NCBI RefSeq assembly: GCF_028292805.1
Contig: NZ_JAQGLS010000160.1
Location: 8,048 to 72,047 of the forward strand
DNA from: Ramlibacter sp.
Lineage (GTDB): Bacteria > Pseudomonadota > Gammaproteobacteria > Burkholderiales > Burkholderiaceae_C
Direction: 5' to 3'
Length of the DNA: 64,000 nucleotides
Shown here: piece after piece, positions 1 through 9,129 of the stretch
Layout of the letters: each line of letters begins with the position of its first letter
How positions within the stretch are numbered: the first letter of the stretch is position 1
Translations under genes and position numbers: made by a program
Notes under the pieces: generated by a model
Database searches by the model: none
What the model was told of the DNA's origin: nothing
What the model saw: only the letters and a program-made list of their open reading frames with translations

Positions 1-339
1 TTCCTGGTGCTGACGGCCGTGACCTTCAGCCTGCTGGGATTCATCATCGGCATCTGGGCCGACGGCTTCGAGAAGCTGCAGTTCATCCCGACGCTGATCA
101 TCACGCCGCTGACCTTCCTGGGCGGCAGCTTCTATTCGATCGACATGCTGCCGCCGATCTGGCAGAAGATCAGCCTGTTCAACCCGGTGGTCTACCTGGT
201 GAGCGGCTTTCGCTGGAGCTTCTACGGCATCTCGGACGTCGGCGTCGGCACCAGCCTGGTGATGACGCTGGTGTTCATGGCGGCCTGCCTGGCGGCGATC
301 ACCTGGATCTTTCGCACCGGCTACCGGCTCAAAAGCTAG
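1..339 (+). CDS. ABC-2 type transporter permease (YadH-like), 5'-truncated by window edge
   Basis: Hydrophobic ORF with [23 protein letters not shown]...[15 protein letters not shown] motif. Confidence 0.85.
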   Translation, partial: FLVLTAVTFSLLGFIIGIWADGFEKLQFIPTLIITPLTFLGGSFYSIDMLPPIWQKISLFNPVVYLVSGFRWSFYGISDVGVGTSLVMTLVFMAACLAAITWIFRTGYRLKS

Positions 340-375
340 AGCCAGCTGACGCGGCCCTGACGCGAGGCGCCGCTT

Positions 376-392
376 CTAAGGGATTTCCCCAG
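376..392. promoter_or_regulatory. GGGA-TT-TCCC palindrome upstream of the MFS gene, possible operator
   Basis: ctaagggatttccccag about 85 nt upstream of ATG 478; function inferred only. Confidence 0.3.
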
Positions 393-477
393 CCGAGTCG
401 GGGCCCTGGCGCGGCCAAACGTCAGCCTGGAGTCAGACGCAGTTCCAAGACTGTTGCTTCTCACAAGAGGAGACATC

Positions 478-2178
478 ATGGCAACTGCTTCGACGGTGGA
501 CAACGTGGGGCCAGGGCCCGTCACGACCTTGCGCGGTGACGAAAAGAAGGTGATCTTCGCCTCGTCGCTGGGCACCGTGTTCGAGTGGTACGACTTCTAC
601 CTGTACGGGTCGCTCGCCGCGATCATCGCCAGGCAGTTCTTCTCGGGGCTGGATCCGACCTCCGCCTACATCTTCGCGCTGCTGGCGTTCGCGGCCGGCT
701 TCCTGGTGCGGCCGTTCGGCGCCATCGTGTTCGGCCGGCTCGGCGACATGATCGGTCGCAAGTACACCTTCCTGGTCACCATCCTGATCATGGGTGCGTC
801 CACTTTCATCGTCGGCCTGCTTCCCAGCTACGCCACGATCGGCATCGCCGCGCCGGTGATCCTGATCGCGCTGCGCATGCTGCAGGGCCTGGCGCTGGGC
901 GGCGAGTACGGCGGCGCCGCCACCTACGTGGCCGAGCACGCGCCGCACGGCAAGCGCGGCGCCTACACCTCCTGGATCCAGACCACGGCAACGCTGGGAC
1001 TGTTCCTGTCGCTGCTGGTCATCCTGGGCGTGCGCAACTGGCTGGGCGAAAAGGACTTCGGCGACTGGGGCTGGCGCATCCCCTTCCTGCTGTCGATCGT
1101 GCTGCTGGGCGTGTCGGTGTACATCCGCCTGTCGATGAACGAGTCGCCTGCCTTCCAGAAAATGAAGGCCGAGGGCAAGACCTCCAAGGCGCCGCTGACG
1201 GAATCGTTCGGCAAGTGGCCCAACCTGAAGATCGTGATCCTGGCGTTGCTCGGGCTGACCGCCGGCCAGGCCGTGGTCTGGTACACCGGGCAGTTCTACG
1301 CGCTGTTCTTCCTGACCACGATCGCCAAGGTGGACATCACCACGGCCAACCTGCTGATTGCCGCCTCGTTGCTGATCGGCACGCCGTTCTTCATCGTCTT
1401 CGGCGTGCTGTCGGACAAGATCGGCCGCAAGCCGATCATCATGGCCGGCTGCCTGCTGGCCGCGCTGACCTACTTCACGGTGTTCCCGCTGCTGCTGAAG
1501 TACGCCAACCCGGCGCTGGTGCAGGCGCAGGAGGCCAACAAGGTGACCGTCACGGCCGACCAGAAAGAGTGCTCGTTCCAGGGCAGCCCGATCGCGCGCG
1601 ACATCGATTTCCGCACCAGCTGCGACATTGCCAAGCGGGCGCTCACCCAGGCCTACATTCCGTACGAGAACAAGGCCGGCCCGGCCGGCCAGCCAGCCAC
1701 CATCACGCTGGGCGACAAGGTGCTGACGGCGCCCACCGCCACGCTCAACGACAAGCGTGACGCGTTCGCGCCGGAGAGCGCCAAGTCGATCGGCGAGTTC
1801 CGCAAGGGGCTGACCGACACCGCCAAGGCGGAGGGGCTGACAGCTGCGGCCGACACCACGAAGATGAACACGACGATGGTGCTGGTGATCCTGGTGTACC
1901 TGGTGATCCTGGTGACCATGGTGTACGGCCCGATCGCGGCCATGCTGGTCGAACTGTTCCCGACCCGGATCCGCTACACCTCGATGAGCCTGCCTTACCA
2001 CATCGGCAACGGCTGGTTCGGCGGCCTGCTGCCGACCACCGCGTTCGCCATGGTGGCCGCCACCGGCGACATCTTCTACGGCCTGTGGTACCCCGTGGTC
2101 GTCGCGGCCGCCACCTTCGTGATCGGCATGATCTTCATCCGCGAGACCAAGGACGTGGACATCTACGCCAACGACTGA
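478..2178 (+). CDS. MFS transporter, metabolite:H+ symporter (MHS) family, with a large two-Cys loop insertion
   Basis: SSLGTVFEWYDF, FGRLGDMIGRK and GGEYGGA motifs; SD gagga before ATG 478. Confidence 0.92.
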   Translation: MATASTVDNVGPGPVTTLRGDEKKVIFASSLGTVFEWYDFYLYGSLAAIIARQFFSGLDPTSAYIFALLAFAAGFLVRPFGAIVFGRLGDMIGRKYTFLVTILIMGASTFIVGLLPSYATIGIAAPVILIALRMLQGLALGGEYGGAATYVAEHAPHGKRGAYTSWIQTTATLGLFLSLLVILGVRNWLGEKDFGDWGWRIPFLLSIVLLGVSVYIRLSMNESPAFQKMKAEGKTSKAPLTESFGKWPNLKIVILALLGLTAGQAVVWYTGQFYALFFLTTIAKVDITTANLLIAASLLIGTPFFIVFGVLSDKIGRKPIIMAGCLLAALTYFTVFPLLLKYANPALVQAQEANKVTVTADQKECSFQGSPIARDIDFRTSCDIAKRALTQAYIPYENKAGPAGQPATITLGDKVLTAPTATLNDKRDAFAPESAKSIGEFRKGLTDTAKAEGLTAAADTTKMNTTMVLVILVYLVILVTMVYGPIAAMLVELFPTRIRYTSMSLPYHIGNGWFGGLLPTTAFAMVAATGDIFYGLWYPVVVAAATFVIGMIFIRETKDVDIYAND

Positions 2179-2197
2179 TTCGCAACCCGAAGATCCG

Positions 2198-2226
2198 AAG
2201 GGCCCGCCCCGCGCGGGCCCTTTGCA
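2198..2226 (+). terminator. Intrinsic terminator after MFS gene
   Basis: aagggcccgc-cccgc-gcgggccctt hairpin followed by a short T run. Confidence 0.7.
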
Positions 2227-2376
2227 TTTGCATTGGCGACGCGAACCGATCGCAAGAAGCCGAGCAGGCCGCAGTCGTCCCGGTGCCGGCCTGCGCACGC
2301 ACGCCCCACGCTTGCCCGTCGGTCCAGCTCCGCGAGGGGCCCCCGTCGAGCCCCAGTGCTGCTATCGTTGCCGCGG

Positions 2377-3207
2377 ATGAGAAGCGCCGCCCGCGAGAGC
2401 AACGCCATGTTCGCCCGCGGACTGGCCCGGGCGTTCGCGGGCGCCGTGATCTTCGGGCTGCCGCTGATGATGACGATGGAAATGTGGTGGCTCGGCTTCC
2501 ACATGGAGCCGGCGCGGCTGGCGTTGCTGCTGGCGGTGTTTCTGCCGTTCCTGGTGCTGCTGTCCTGGCATTCCGGCTTCGAGCCGACCTTCAGCTGGCG
2601 CGACGACGTGGTCGATGCGCTGGTGGCGTTCGCCGTCGGCATCGTCGCCAGCCTGGTGATCCTGTCGGCCTGCGGCCTGCTGGCGCGCGACATGGCGTGG
2701 CGCGAGATCGTCGGCAAGGTCTCGCTGCAGGCGCTGCCGGCCAGCATCGGCGCGCTGCTGGCGCAGACGCAGCTGGGCGAGCGCGACGAGGCGAAGTCGC
2801 CGCGCGGCGGCGCCGAGGCCTATGCCAGCGAGCTGTTCATCATGGCCGTGGGCGCGCTGTTCCTGGCCTTCAACCTGGCGCCGACCGACGAAATGATGGT
2901 GATCGCGCTGCAATGCACCGAGTGGCAGGCGATCGTGTTGATGCTGCTGGCGCTGGCCGCGATGCACGCCTTCGTCTACGCGCTGGCGTTCCGCGGCAGC
3001 CACGACAAGCCGCGCGACGCTTCGGCCTGGAGCATCTTCCTGCGCTTCACGGTGACCGGCTACGCGCTGGTGCTGCTGCTGTGCGCCTGGATGCTGTGGT
3101 CGTTCGGGCGCTTTGACGGCCTGTCGCTGCTGCACGCCATCAAGGCGGTGGCGGTGCTGGCCTTTCCCGCCGCCATCGGCGCCGCCGCGGCGCGGCTGAT
3201 TCTCTGA
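2377..3207 (+). CDS. TIGR02587-family integral membrane protein (alternative start 2407)
   Basis: RAFAGAVIFGLPLMMTMEMWW, ASIGALLA and FNLAPTDEM motifs; paired with TIGR02588. Confidence 0.85.
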   Translation: MRSAARESNAMFARGLARAFAGAVIFGLPLMMTMEMWWLGFHMEPARLALLLAVFLPFLVLLSWHSGFEPTFSWRDDVVDALVAFAVGIVASLVILSACGLLARDMAWREIVGKVSLQALPASIGALLAQTQLGERDEAKSPRGGAEAYASELFIMAVGALFLAFNLAPTDEMMVIALQCTEWQAIVLMLLALAAMHAFVYALAFRGSHDKPRDASAWSIFLRFTVTGYALVLLLCAWMLWSFGRFDGLSLLHAIKAVAVLAFPAAIGAAAARLIL

Positions 3208-3217
3208 AGAAGGCGAC

Positions 3218-3655
3218 ATGGGACGCACGCAACAGGCCAGGGACCACGACGACGCTGCGGCGCCCGGGCCCGGTCAGCAAGGGCCGCCGCCGTTCTGGGA
3301 GTGGATGGTGGCGGGCCTCGGGCTGCTGCTGGTGCTGGCCTGCCTGGGCTACCTCGTCGTGCAGGCGCTGGCCGGCCCGCCGACGCCGCCCGACCCGAAG
3401 ATCGACGTCGTCGCGGTGCATGCGCAGGGCGGCCGCTTCCTGGTGGAACTGCGGGTCACCAACAGCGGCCGGGCCACGGCGGAAGCCTTGAAGATCGGCG
3501 GCGACCTCAAGCAGGGCGACACGGTGCTGGAACACAGTGAAACGGAGTTCCAGTTCCTGCCGGGCGAATCGTCGCGGCAAGCCGGCCTGTTCTTCGTGCG
3601 CGACCCGCGCCGGTTCACGCTGGAGCTGCAGGCGGTGAGCTACCAGGCGCCCTGA
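3218..3655 (+). CDS. TIGR02588-family protein (one TM helix plus beta-rich exported domain)
   Basis: EWMVAGLGLLLV...V.N.G..TA...FLPGES...GLFF..DP motif directly after TIGR02587. Confidence 0.8.
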   Translation: MGRTQQARDHDDAAAPGPGQQGPPPFWEWMVAGLGLLLVLACLGYLVVQALAGPPTPPDPKIDVVAVHAQGGRFLVELRVTNSGRATAEALKIGGDLKQGDTVLEHSETEFQFLPGESSRQAGLFFVRDPRRFTLELQAVSYQAP

Positions 3656-3748
3656 GCGGCGCGTTGTCGATTTCGCTGGCGCCCGTTCGTCGTGCGAATG
3701 GGCGCGGGTTGCAGTCCGCGCCCGTCACCCCAACCAACGGAGGGCCCC

Positions 3749-4174
3749 ATGCCCATGCTCGCCAGCTATCTTCAACGGCAACTGCGCCGAGGCGATGCGC
3801 TGCTACCACCAGGCGCTGGGCGGCGAGCTGCAGCCCATGCTGTCGCATGGCGACTCGCCGGAACCGGGGGCCTGCACGCCGGGCGGCAAGAGCCGGATCA
3901 TGCATGCCCGCCTGGTGCTGGACGGACGGATGCTGATGGCCTGCGATGTGCCGTCGGACGACCAGGGCGCGATGCGCGGCTTCGCGGTGGCGCTCAACTC
4001 CCCCAGGGCGAACGAGGCCCGGCGCGCCTTCGATTGCGCTGGCCGCCGGCGGCTCTTGTGAGCATGCCCATGGGCAAGGCTTTCTGGACCGAAGCTTTCG
4101 GCATGGTGACGGACCGCCTAGGCGCGCCCTGGAGGGTGGGCGGCGGTCCGCAGGCGCAGCAGGCGCAACGGTGA
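3749..4174 (+). pseudogene. VOC/PhnB-like (3-demethylubiquinone methyltransferase family) gene with three frameshifts
   Basis: MPMLASYL / NGNCAEAMRCYHQALGG...IMHARL...EARRAFD / ALAAGGS / VSMPMGKAFWTEAFGMVTDRLGAPW lie in different frames; shifts near 3770, 4035 and 4057. Confidence 0.8.
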
Positions 4175-4248
4175 GCTGAAATGCGGCGGCCGGCAGGGCC
4201 TTGAAGCGGGTGCTAAGCTTCCCTTTCCTCCTTGTACGAAGAGACGCC

Positions 4249-5400
4249 ATGCCCGGATTGCTGCCCACTGTCGACCCCGAAGGCCTGCTCGAATTCTCCG
4301 TGGTCTACACCGACCGCGCGTTGAACCACATGTCGCAGAGCTTCCAGGGCGTGATGACGGACATCTCGTCCATTCTCAAGGAGGTCTACAACGCCCGCTC
4401 GGCCGTGCTGGTGCCGGGCAGCGGCACCTTCGGCATGGAAGCGGTGGCGCGCCAGTTCGCCGGCGGCAAGGACGTGCTGGTGATCCGCAATGGCTGGTTC
4501 AGCTACCGCTGGACCCAGATCTTCGACATGGGCGCGATCCCGGCGTCGTCCACCGTGCTGAAGGCGCGCAAGGTGGGCAGCGGCGCGACGGCGCCCTGGA
4601 CGCCGGCGCCGCTCGCCGAAGTGACGGCCGCCATCCGCGACAAGAAGCCGGCGGTGGTGTTCGCCCCGCACGTGGAAACGGCCTCGGGGATGCTGCTGCC
4701 GGACGACTACCTGCGGGCGGTGGGCGACGCCGTGCATGCGGTGGGCGGCCTGTTCGTGCTGGACTGCATCGCCTCCGGCGCGGTCTGGGTCGACATGCAG
4801 GCCACCGGCGTCGACGTGCTGATCTCGGCCCCGCAAAAAGGCTGGAGCAGCTCACCCTGCTGCGCCATGGTGATGCTCAGCGAGCGCGCCCGCGCCGCCA
4901 TCGACGGCACCACCAGCAGCAGCTTCGCCTGCGATCTCAAGAAGTGGCTGCAGGTGATGGAAGCCTACGAAGGCGGCGCCCACATGTACCACGCCACCAT
5001 GCCGACCGATGCGCTGACGCGCCTGCGCGCCACCATGGTGGAGACCAAGGCTTACGGCTTCGCCAAGGTGCGGGCCGAGCAGGAAGATCTCGGCCGCAAG
5101 GTGCGCGCGCTGTTCGAGAGCCGCGGGCTGGCCAGCGTCGCCGCCGACGGCTTCAAGGCGCCGGGCGTGGTGGTCAGCTACACCACCGACCCCGGCATCC
5201 AGTCGGGCAAGAAATTCCTCGACGAAGGCCTGCAGACGGCCGCCGGCGTGCCTTTGCAGTGCGACGAAGGTCCCGACTTCAAGACCTTCCGGGTCGGTCT
5301 GTTCGGCCTGGAAAAGTGGCACAACGTCGAGCGCACTGTGGGCCAGCTGAAGGCGGCGCTGGACCAGATCGGCCTGGTTGCGCCGGCGAAGGTGGCCTGA
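4249..5400 (+). CDS. Class V aminotransferase (serine-pyruvate/alanine-glyoxylate type)
   Basis: PGSGTFGMEAVA, PHVETASG, DCIASG and the PLP-lysine motif SAPQKG. Confidence 0.9.
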   Translation: MPGLLPTVDPEGLLEFSVVYTDRALNHMSQSFQGVMTDISSILKEVYNARSAVLVPGSGTFGMEAVARQFAGGKDVLVIRNGWFSYRWTQIFDMGAIPASSTVLKARKVGSGATAPWTPAPLAEVTAAIRDKKPAVVFAPHVETASGMLLPDDYLRAVGDAVHAVGGLFVLDCIASGAVWVDMQATGVDVLISAPQKGWSSSPCCAMVMLSERARAAIDGTTSSSFACDLKKWLQVMEAYEGGAHMYHATMPTDALTRLRATMVETKAYGFAKVRAEQEDLGRKVRALFESRGLASVAADGFKAPGVVVSYTTDPGIQSGKKFLDEGLQTAAGVPLQCDEGPDFKTFRVGLFGLEKWHNVERTVGQLKAALDQIGLVAPAKVA

Positions 5401-5459
5401 GGCGGAAAAGCCCTCTCGCGGCCGCGGACGGCGGTGCGAGTTGGTGCCGGGCTGCGCGC

Positions 5460-5987
5460 CTACCGCGATTGAGCGACGACGCGGCCCCGGGCGACCGCGG
5501 TGGTCCCCGCGAGCAGGAAGAAATCGGTGCCCGGCACCAGCTGCGCGAGCGCGCCCGCCGGGTGCAGGAACTCGATCGGCGCCAGCTGCGAGGTTTCCGA
5601 ATCCAGCACCTGCGCCAGCGGTTCGGCCAGCCGTGCCGTGAAGCCGCGGCGGCCGACGATGACGGTGCAGGTGTGCGTGGCCGGGTCGAGCGCCGCCAGC
5701 ATGCCGGCCGACTCCGTGGTCGGCTCGAGCCGGACCTGCAGATGCGGCGAGAACACGCTGGCGTCGGCGAACTCGGTCGCCGGCGGCGCGCGCCGCGGGA
5801 TCTTGCGCACCAGAAAGCCGATCAGGTTGCCCACCGCCGGCAGCCACAACACCAGCAGCAAGGTGCCCACGTCGCGCAGCGTGGACGGGTTGTCGGCGAA
5901 GTGGCGGATGAAGCCGCCCGACACCGCCAGCGCGAGCATGGCGGCCATGGCGAGCTGGCGCCGGGTGGGGGTGACGGTGTAGGCCAT
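5460..5987 (-). CDS. Hypothetical protein: two N-terminal TM helices plus a C-terminal beta domain resembling EF-Tu domain III
   Basis: Coding-like codon use; two hydrophobic segments; C-terminus IEFLHP...LVPGTDFFLLAGTTAVARGRVV. Confidence 0.7.
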   Translation of the reverse strand: MAYTVTPTRRQLAMAAMLALAVSGGFIRHFADNPSTLRDVGTLLLVLWLPAVGNLIGFLVRKIPRRAPPATEFADASVFSPHLQVRLEPTTESAGMLAALDPATHTCTVIVGRRGFTARLAEPLAQVLDSETSQLAPIEFLHPAGALAQLVPGTDFFLLAGTTAVARGRVVAQSR

Positions 5988-6140
5988 GCGGGGGATTGTG
6001 CAGTGCGGGAAACGGCAGTGAAATGGTTGCATGTTTTTGGCCTGGCGCGCACAGTCGACACGCAACCATCCGGTTGCACCATGCAGGGTGTGCAGCTTTG
6101 CTGGGCACCATCCCCGCCGACCTCACCGAAGGAGAGCCGA

Positions 6141-6610
6141 ATGTCCATGACCGCAGTCAGCGACTCGATCGAGCGCAGCACCCTGATCGCCGCGCCGCGC
6201 CACCGCGTCTGGCAGGCCATCCCGAGCGCGCAAGAGTTCGGCCGCTGGTTCGGCGCCGACCTGGAAGGCCAGGCGTTGTGCCGGGCCAGCGAACCCGGGG
6301 CCGGATCAACAGCAAGGGCTTCGAGCCGGTGCTGTTCGGCGTGACCATCGAGCGCCTGGAGCCCGAGCACACGCAGGCCTGGCGTTGGCATCCGTATGCC
6401 GTCGATCTCCAGGTCGACTACAGCCAGGAGGAATGCACCCTGGTGCTCTGGACGCTGGAGGACTCGCCCGACGCAGGCACCCTGGTGAAGGCGGTCGAAT
6501 CGGGCTTCGGTAAAGTGCCGCCGGAGCGGTGGATGGAAGCTTTCCGCATGAACAGCCGCGGCTGGGACGGGCAGCTGGAGAACGTCCGCAAGCATGTCAC
6601 CGCGCAGTAA
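6141..6610 (+). pseudogene. SRPBCC/AHSA1-family protein with one frameshift near 6277
   Basis: DSIERSTLIAAPRHRVWQAI...FGRWFG continues in another frame as VPGQRTRG...WRWHPYAVD...VESGF...GWDGQLEN; SD ggag before 6141. Confidence 0.8.
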
Positions 6611-6953
6611 GGCGGCCGTGCCCGCCGCTGCCGCGTTGCCCGGTCCGGCGTTGGCCAACGTCTTCTTTGCGCTGGGCGACGCGACGCGGCTGGGCCTGCT
6701 GGCCGTGCTGTGCGCCGGCGGCTTCTACTCGATCGCGCAGCTGACGGCGAACACCGACCTGACCCGGCAGGCCGTGACCAAGCATCTGCGGGTGCTGGCG
6801 GACGCGGGCCTGGTCAAGGACCTGCGCATCGGCCGGGAGCGCCTCTGGCAGTTCGACCCGACGCAGGTGGAGGAGGCGCGCCGCTCGCTGGAAGTCATCG
6901 GGCAGCAGTGGGAGACGGCGCTGAGGAAATTGAAGGCAATCGTGCAGGGGTGA
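6594..6953 (+). CDS. ArsR/SmtB-family transcriptional regulator
   Basis: FFALGDATRL...LTRQAVTKHLRVLADAGLV...GRER winged-HTH motif. Confidence 0.88.
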   Translation: MSPRSKAAVPAAAALPGPALANVFFALGDATRLGLLAVLCAGGFYSIAQLTANTDLTRQAVTKHLRVLADAGLVKDLRIGRERLWQFDPTQVEEARRSLEVIGQQWETALRKLKAIVQG

Positions 6954-7102
6954 GAGGTACGAAAAATTGGGGCCGATCGTCCCCAGACTGGATCTTCATG
7001 CGTCATCGGGTCGGCGCCCACCGGATCCGCGGCGCGCGTGAGGTGCGCAGATCCTTTGGGGCTTGCCTGCGGAGGTCGACACGGCCGCAGGGCACGGGAC
7101 GC

Positions 7103-7128
7103 GTCATTCCCGCGCAGCCGGTAATGCA
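7103..7128. repeat. Degenerate REP-like palindrome
   Basis: gtcattcccgcgcagccggtaatgca resembles the left arm of the copies at 39280 and 47647. Confidence 0.4.
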
Positions 7129-7222
7129 GGGCTTCCCTCGCCGTGCGCTTCGAAACCAAGTGCGCATGGACGGTCCGCGGCGTCGAGGCTACGATGGCTC
7201 CCAAAGAACAGGGGAGACGGCA

Positions 7223-8080
7223 ATGGCCAGAAGGAAGCGCACCAGCGGTGCCGAAGACGTCATGGATCTCGTGGCCAGGATGCCGTGGTGGGCGGGGATT
7301 GCGCTGGCGGGGGCGAGCTACCTGTTGTTCCACTGGCTGGCGACCCGACCGCAATCAGTCATCACGAGTTCGCGCGTGCTTGCGGGCAACTTCCAATGGA
7401 TCATGGTCTCGAGCGTCTCGCTGGTGCTCCAGTACGTCGCGCCAGCGCTGTGCCTGGTTGGCGCCTTCATGTCCTTGGTCAGGCGCAGCAAGCGCGAGGC
7501 GCTCGCAGCCAATGTCACGGGATCCTCCAGCGCGCATTCGCTCGACGGCATGTCCTGGCGCGAATTCGAGATGCTGGTCGGCGAGGCGTTCCGCCTGCAG
7601 GGATACGAGGTCCGCGAGCGGGGCGGTGCCCAGCCGGACGGCGGTGTCGATCTCGTGCTTCGCAAGGGCAACGAGACCTTCCTCGTGCAATGCAAGCAGT
7701 GGAAGGCGTTCAAGGTCGGCGTGGATGTCGTGCGCGAGCTGTACGGCGTGATGGCCGCCGAAGGCGCGGCGGGCGGTTTCGTCGTGACCTCCGGGCGCTT
7801 CACCGATGACGCCGTGGCGTTCGCCAGCGGCAGGAACGTGCGGTTGGTGGACGGGAGCAAGCTGTTCGGCTTGTTGAAACAAGCCGGTGCCGCGAGGGCC
7901 GACCGCGCGCCCGGCAGCAGTCAGCCCGCGCGCAGCGCCACACCTGTCGCGCCCGCAGCCGCAGTGTCGTGTCCGAAGTGCAGTGCGCCCATGGTCAAGC
8001 GCACTGCCAGGAAAGGGACCCAGGCCGGAGCCGAGTTCTGGGGATGTTCCACGTTTCCCGCGTGCCGGGGGACGCGATGA
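7223..8080 (+). CDS. Membrane-anchored Mrr-type restriction endonuclease with C-terminal topoisomerase-type C4 zinc finger
   Basis: Two TM helices; MSWREFEMLVGEAF...PDGGVDL...VQCKQW...VRELYG (Mrr_cat); CPKCSAPM...FWGCSTFPAC; SD ggag before 7223. Confidence 0.88.
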   Translation: MARRKRTSGAEDVMDLVARMPWWAGIALAGASYLLFHWLATRPQSVITSSRVLAGNFQWIMVSSVSLVLQYVAPALCLVGAFMSLVRRSKREALAANVTGSSSAHSLDGMSWREFEMLVGEAFRLQGYEVRERGGAQPDGGVDLVLRKGNETFLVQCKQWKAFKVGVDVVRELYGVMAAEGAAGGFVVTSGRFTDDAVAFASGRNVRLVDGSKLFGLLKQAGAARADRAPGSSQPARSATPVAPAAAVSCPKCSAPMVKRTARKGTQAGAEFWGCSTFPACRGTR

Positions 8081-8288
8081 ATCCCGAGCGGGACGGGGGA
8101 TCCTGCCTGGCGGGCCTGATCGATGCGGACAACGGACAAGCCTGAGGGTCTGGTGATCCCGTCTCGTCGCTCGGCGCCCTTCAGACGCTGGCTCGAGTGC
8201 CCGGCGGTACCGCAGAACTCCCCCCATCCAATTGGCGGGGTGCACCGAAACGGCGCCGGGGTACGCCGCGTGGAGGTAGCATTGACGC

Positions 8289-8681
8289 ATGAGAGACGAG
8301 CGTATCTGGGTGGAGCCCGTCGGCTCCGTGATCGTGGCGCGGATCCGCGGTCACGTGACCGCGGAGCTGTTGAGGGAGTGCGAAGACCGTGTACTCGAGC
8401 TTGCTCGTGAGACGCAGCATGTAAGGGTGCTCTATGACGGCCTGGAATTGGAGGCGCCGGAGATGGAGGTGGTGCTTTTTCAGCAACAGCTAGAGATAGC
8501 CAAGAGGGCGCATCTGCGTTCCGCATCGCTGCGTACCGCTCTCCTTGTACCGAACACGCGCATCGCGTACCTTGCGCGAATTGCCTTCGGGCATGCGGGC
8601 GAGTCCAACTACCGGGTCTTCTACAACGACCTTGGCGCTGCGCTGAAGTGGTTGGAAGACCCCGGATCTGCGCCTCAGTAG
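8289..8681 (+). CDS. Hypothetical SpoIIAA/STAS-SEC14-like protein
   Basis: 130 aa; SD ggaggt; IVARIRGHV...VLYD...TALLV...YRVFYNDLGAALKWL pattern; atypical codon use. Confidence 0.65.
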   Translation: MRDERIWVEPVGSVIVARIRGHVTAELLRECEDRVLELARETQHVRVLYDGLELEAPEMEVVLFQQQLEIAKRAHLRSASLRTALLVPNTRIAYLARIAFGHAGESNYRVFYNDLGAALKWLEDPGSAPQ

Positions 8682-8770
8682 TCCAGTCGCGGGTGTGTAC
8701 CTGCCAGCGGTGTGGCAGCAACTAGACGATGCGACTGGCTGGCTGGCCCGATCCTGAATTTTGTGCGACG

Positions 8771-8964
8771 GAACTGATTGACCAGTTCGTTACCGGCCCC
8801 ATGGCCGGCGAGGCGGTCAACGCTGCGTCCATGGCTTTCAAGAAGGCCTTGATCGCGGGCGATGGGCGCCGAGCTGGGGCACCATCCGGGCTGCCCAGCC
8901 GGCGCGGCCAAGCCCGATGCGGCAGGCAACCAGCGCAACGGCACGACCGGAAAAAACGGTGCTT
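8771..8964 (+). mobile_element. IS256-family transposase N-terminal remnant, frameshifted
   Basis: ELIDQFVTGPMAGEAVNAASMAFKKALI / MGAELGHH.G...AKP...NQRNG..G / KTVL matches the N-terminus of Burkholderiales IS256 transposases. Confidence 0.8.
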
Positions 8965-9021
8965 CCTGGCGAGGGCCGGTTGCGGGTGGAGATCCCCAGC
9001 GCCCGCGTCCTTGCCCACACC

Positions 9022-9127
9022 CGTCGATGATGTCTACGACCAACCCCTCGCCGATCTTTCGCCTGGCCATGCGCTCGCGCGCGTGCCTCGTCAGCGCGAT
9101 GGGCAACTGGAAGCGACGGCTGAACAC
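9022..9127 (-). pseudogene. Truncated DUF4258-like (RelE/BrnT-like fold) gene
   Basis: GTG start 2 nt after the glnS stop; FSRRFQLPIALTRHARERMARRKIGEGLVVDIID, after which similarity is lost. Confidence 0.6.
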
Positions 9128-9129
9128 GC

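Noticed and set aside
6710-7222. N-terminal extension of the Mrr ORF
   Set aside because: Overlaps arsR and non-coding DNA; a good SD precedes ATG 7223
8077-8145. 22-codon ORF overlapping the Mrr stop (ATGA)
   Set aside because: Too short and without recognisable similarity; at most a remnant
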